From Heterodontus francisci (lineage: Eukaryota), in contig NC_090397.1 in the NCBI RefSeq assembly GCF_036365525.1, positions 56,398,091 to 56,462,090 on the forward strand: DNA of 64,000 nucleotides. Reading direction: 5' to 3'. The number at the start of each line of letters is the position of its first letter. Within the stretch, counting starts at the first letter, position 1. The notes below the pieces were generated by a model that made no database searches, had not been told where the DNA came from, and was given only the letters and a program-made list of their open reading frames with translations. The position numbers and the translations under genes were made by a program. Positions 62,467 through 64,000 of this stretch are shown one piece after another.

Positions 62467-64000
62467 ATGCCATTCAAGGTTACAAAGAGTACATTTTGCA
62501 AATCTCAACAGCTTGCTTTGACAAGATGTCACATGGGATGTCCAAATACTGCAGCTCACTTACCAGAACCGTGCATGTCATCTATCCAAAGGAGCAGATC
62601 TCACCGGAGGACATTATGAGGGCAAGTGCTTCGGATATTGAGAGAGAAGTGAAAGCTTCACAATTGTTGTCTTTGCCCCAGAAGGAAAAGTGCTCCTTGA
62701 AACGGGCCCTGCTGGTAGGTGATACAGGAGTGGGGAAAAGCTGGGCTGTGACTAGCATCCAGCAAGAGTGGGCAGCGTCTCAATTAAGTCAGCCACTCAG
62801 ATGCATCATTGTTTTCAGATTCTACAACTTAAATGAGGTTGAAGGAAAGACCAGTCTACGGAAACTGCTGAAGAAGCAGTGTGAGCCATTGTCATCAGTC
62901 CTAACAGAACTTCTGTGTAACCCTCAGGATGTGTTGATCATTTTGGATGGACTGGATGAATTTAATCATCAGTTGAAGTGGGATCCACCAGATGGTGATT
63001 TTAACATGGACACTGAGGCGGAAGTAAATGTTCTCGTTTCCAAAATAATTTCTAGGGATCTCCTTCCAGTAGCACAGGTATTGGTTACCTCCCGATGGAA
63101 CTCCAAGCAAATAGAAGCTAACGAGAAGTATTTTGATTGCATCTTTATTATCTCTGGGTTTACCAATGTTCAGTTGAGAAGATATTGTGAAATGTTCCAT
63201 CAGGTAAAAGAAAGAACATCAGAAATGTATCAGTACTTTACAGAAAATGAAACCATTACCTGCCTGGCTTCAAATCCCCTCAACAGTTACATCCTGTGCA
63301 ATATTTTGGGCAGATGTAGCTGCTGTCCTGCAGTGATGATGAATATGCCAGTGACGCACAGCAAAATGTTTTCACTGTTCCTTTACAGCCTGCTTAACTG
63401 CAATACAAATTCATCTGAAGAGATTATGGTCACTATCAATAACTCTGAGACTGAACAGGAAGAGAAATTGTTAAAAGACACTGTCCTGAAATTGGGGGAA
63501 CTGTCCTTCAATAATTTGCTGTCAGGGAAACTTGAAATAAATGAAGATGATCTGGGTGCCTATGAAATAGACTCAGGAGTTCTTTCAAAGTATTTCTCCA
63601 ATCTTATCCTTGAAAAGAAGTGTAAAGGTCAATGTATCTTTGAATTCTACCATGTTGTGCTGAAGGACCAGTTTGCAGCTTTGTATTGTGCAACTTCACT
63701 GAAAGATGATGCTGAAGAGTTGGTCAAATGTCTGGATCTTTGGTGTTTTGGGAAAATGCCAAACAATCAAAAAAGCCAATATTATCTGAGATCATTTCAG
63801 CCTGAACACACAGAGAAACTGTACAATTTCATAAGGCTTCTTATGGGCTCCTTAACAACAGCAAGAGACAGCAAGTTGTGGAACTGTAGTGTTCCTCTCA
63901 CGCATTCTACAGCCAGAGCTCTTGTGAGATGGTTCAAAAATTGTCTCAAACGAGATATTAAGAAGTCAGAGTTGCTGAATTTAATGCATTGTCTTTCTGA
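62467..64000 (+). CDS. Large NLR-type NACHT (NTPase + helical/winged-helix) exon, open to the window edge; possibly the cytoplasmic part of gene B
   Basis: Acceptor cccttccag|AT, phase 1; I read it as open to position 64000 (no stop, hence absent from the ORF track). DAIQGYKEYILQ, Walker A GDTGVGKS, Walker B LIILDGLDE, LVTSR, SGF, NPL, FEFYHVVLKDQFAALY, LLNLMHCL. Confidence 0.93.

Noticed and set aside
62901-63200. Minus-strand ORFs over the NACHT exons (also 38610-39051)
   Set aside because: Antisense shadows of the + strand NACHT frame.

Overview
Eukaryotic, repeat-rich genomic DNA, most likely from an elasmobranch (shark): it carries six HE1-type tRNA-derived SINEs, CR1/HER1-, L2- and RTE-like LINE fragments, Penelope-like elements, Harbinger and Gmr1-like LTR elements. 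Most ORFs in the track are spurious or TE-derived. Reading splice sites by hand gives a small immune locus on the + strand. (1) A non-rearranging VJ-type IgV - C1 - TM - 2xITIM inhibitory receptor (exons 2209-2568, 16183-16497, 31135-31242, 34083-34156, 35198-35305), SIRP-like in layout, with a CD28-like PPP motif and a probable decayed extra C1 exon at ~5844-6190. (2) A frameshifted NACHT pseudogene copy (38064-39160). (3) A CpG-island promoter (~40.9-41.5 kb) followed by leader, B7-family IgV, TM and short cytoplasmic exons (47012-55628). These are in the same phase and on the same strand as (4) a long, intact NLR NACHT exon (62467 to the window end), and I see no effector-domain exon between them. 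The lead hypothesis is that 3 and 4 form one gene encoding a transmembrane B7-IgV-TM-NACHT receptor, next to a candidate CD28-like/ITIM partner. This is inferred from splice phases and needs transcript confirmation. The window also holds three copies of an asymmetric-ended, Mutator-like DNA transposon (9-bp TSDs on two copies), one nested in an LTR and carrying a 60-bp higher-order tandem array. TE boundaries without a stated TSD/TIR are approximate.
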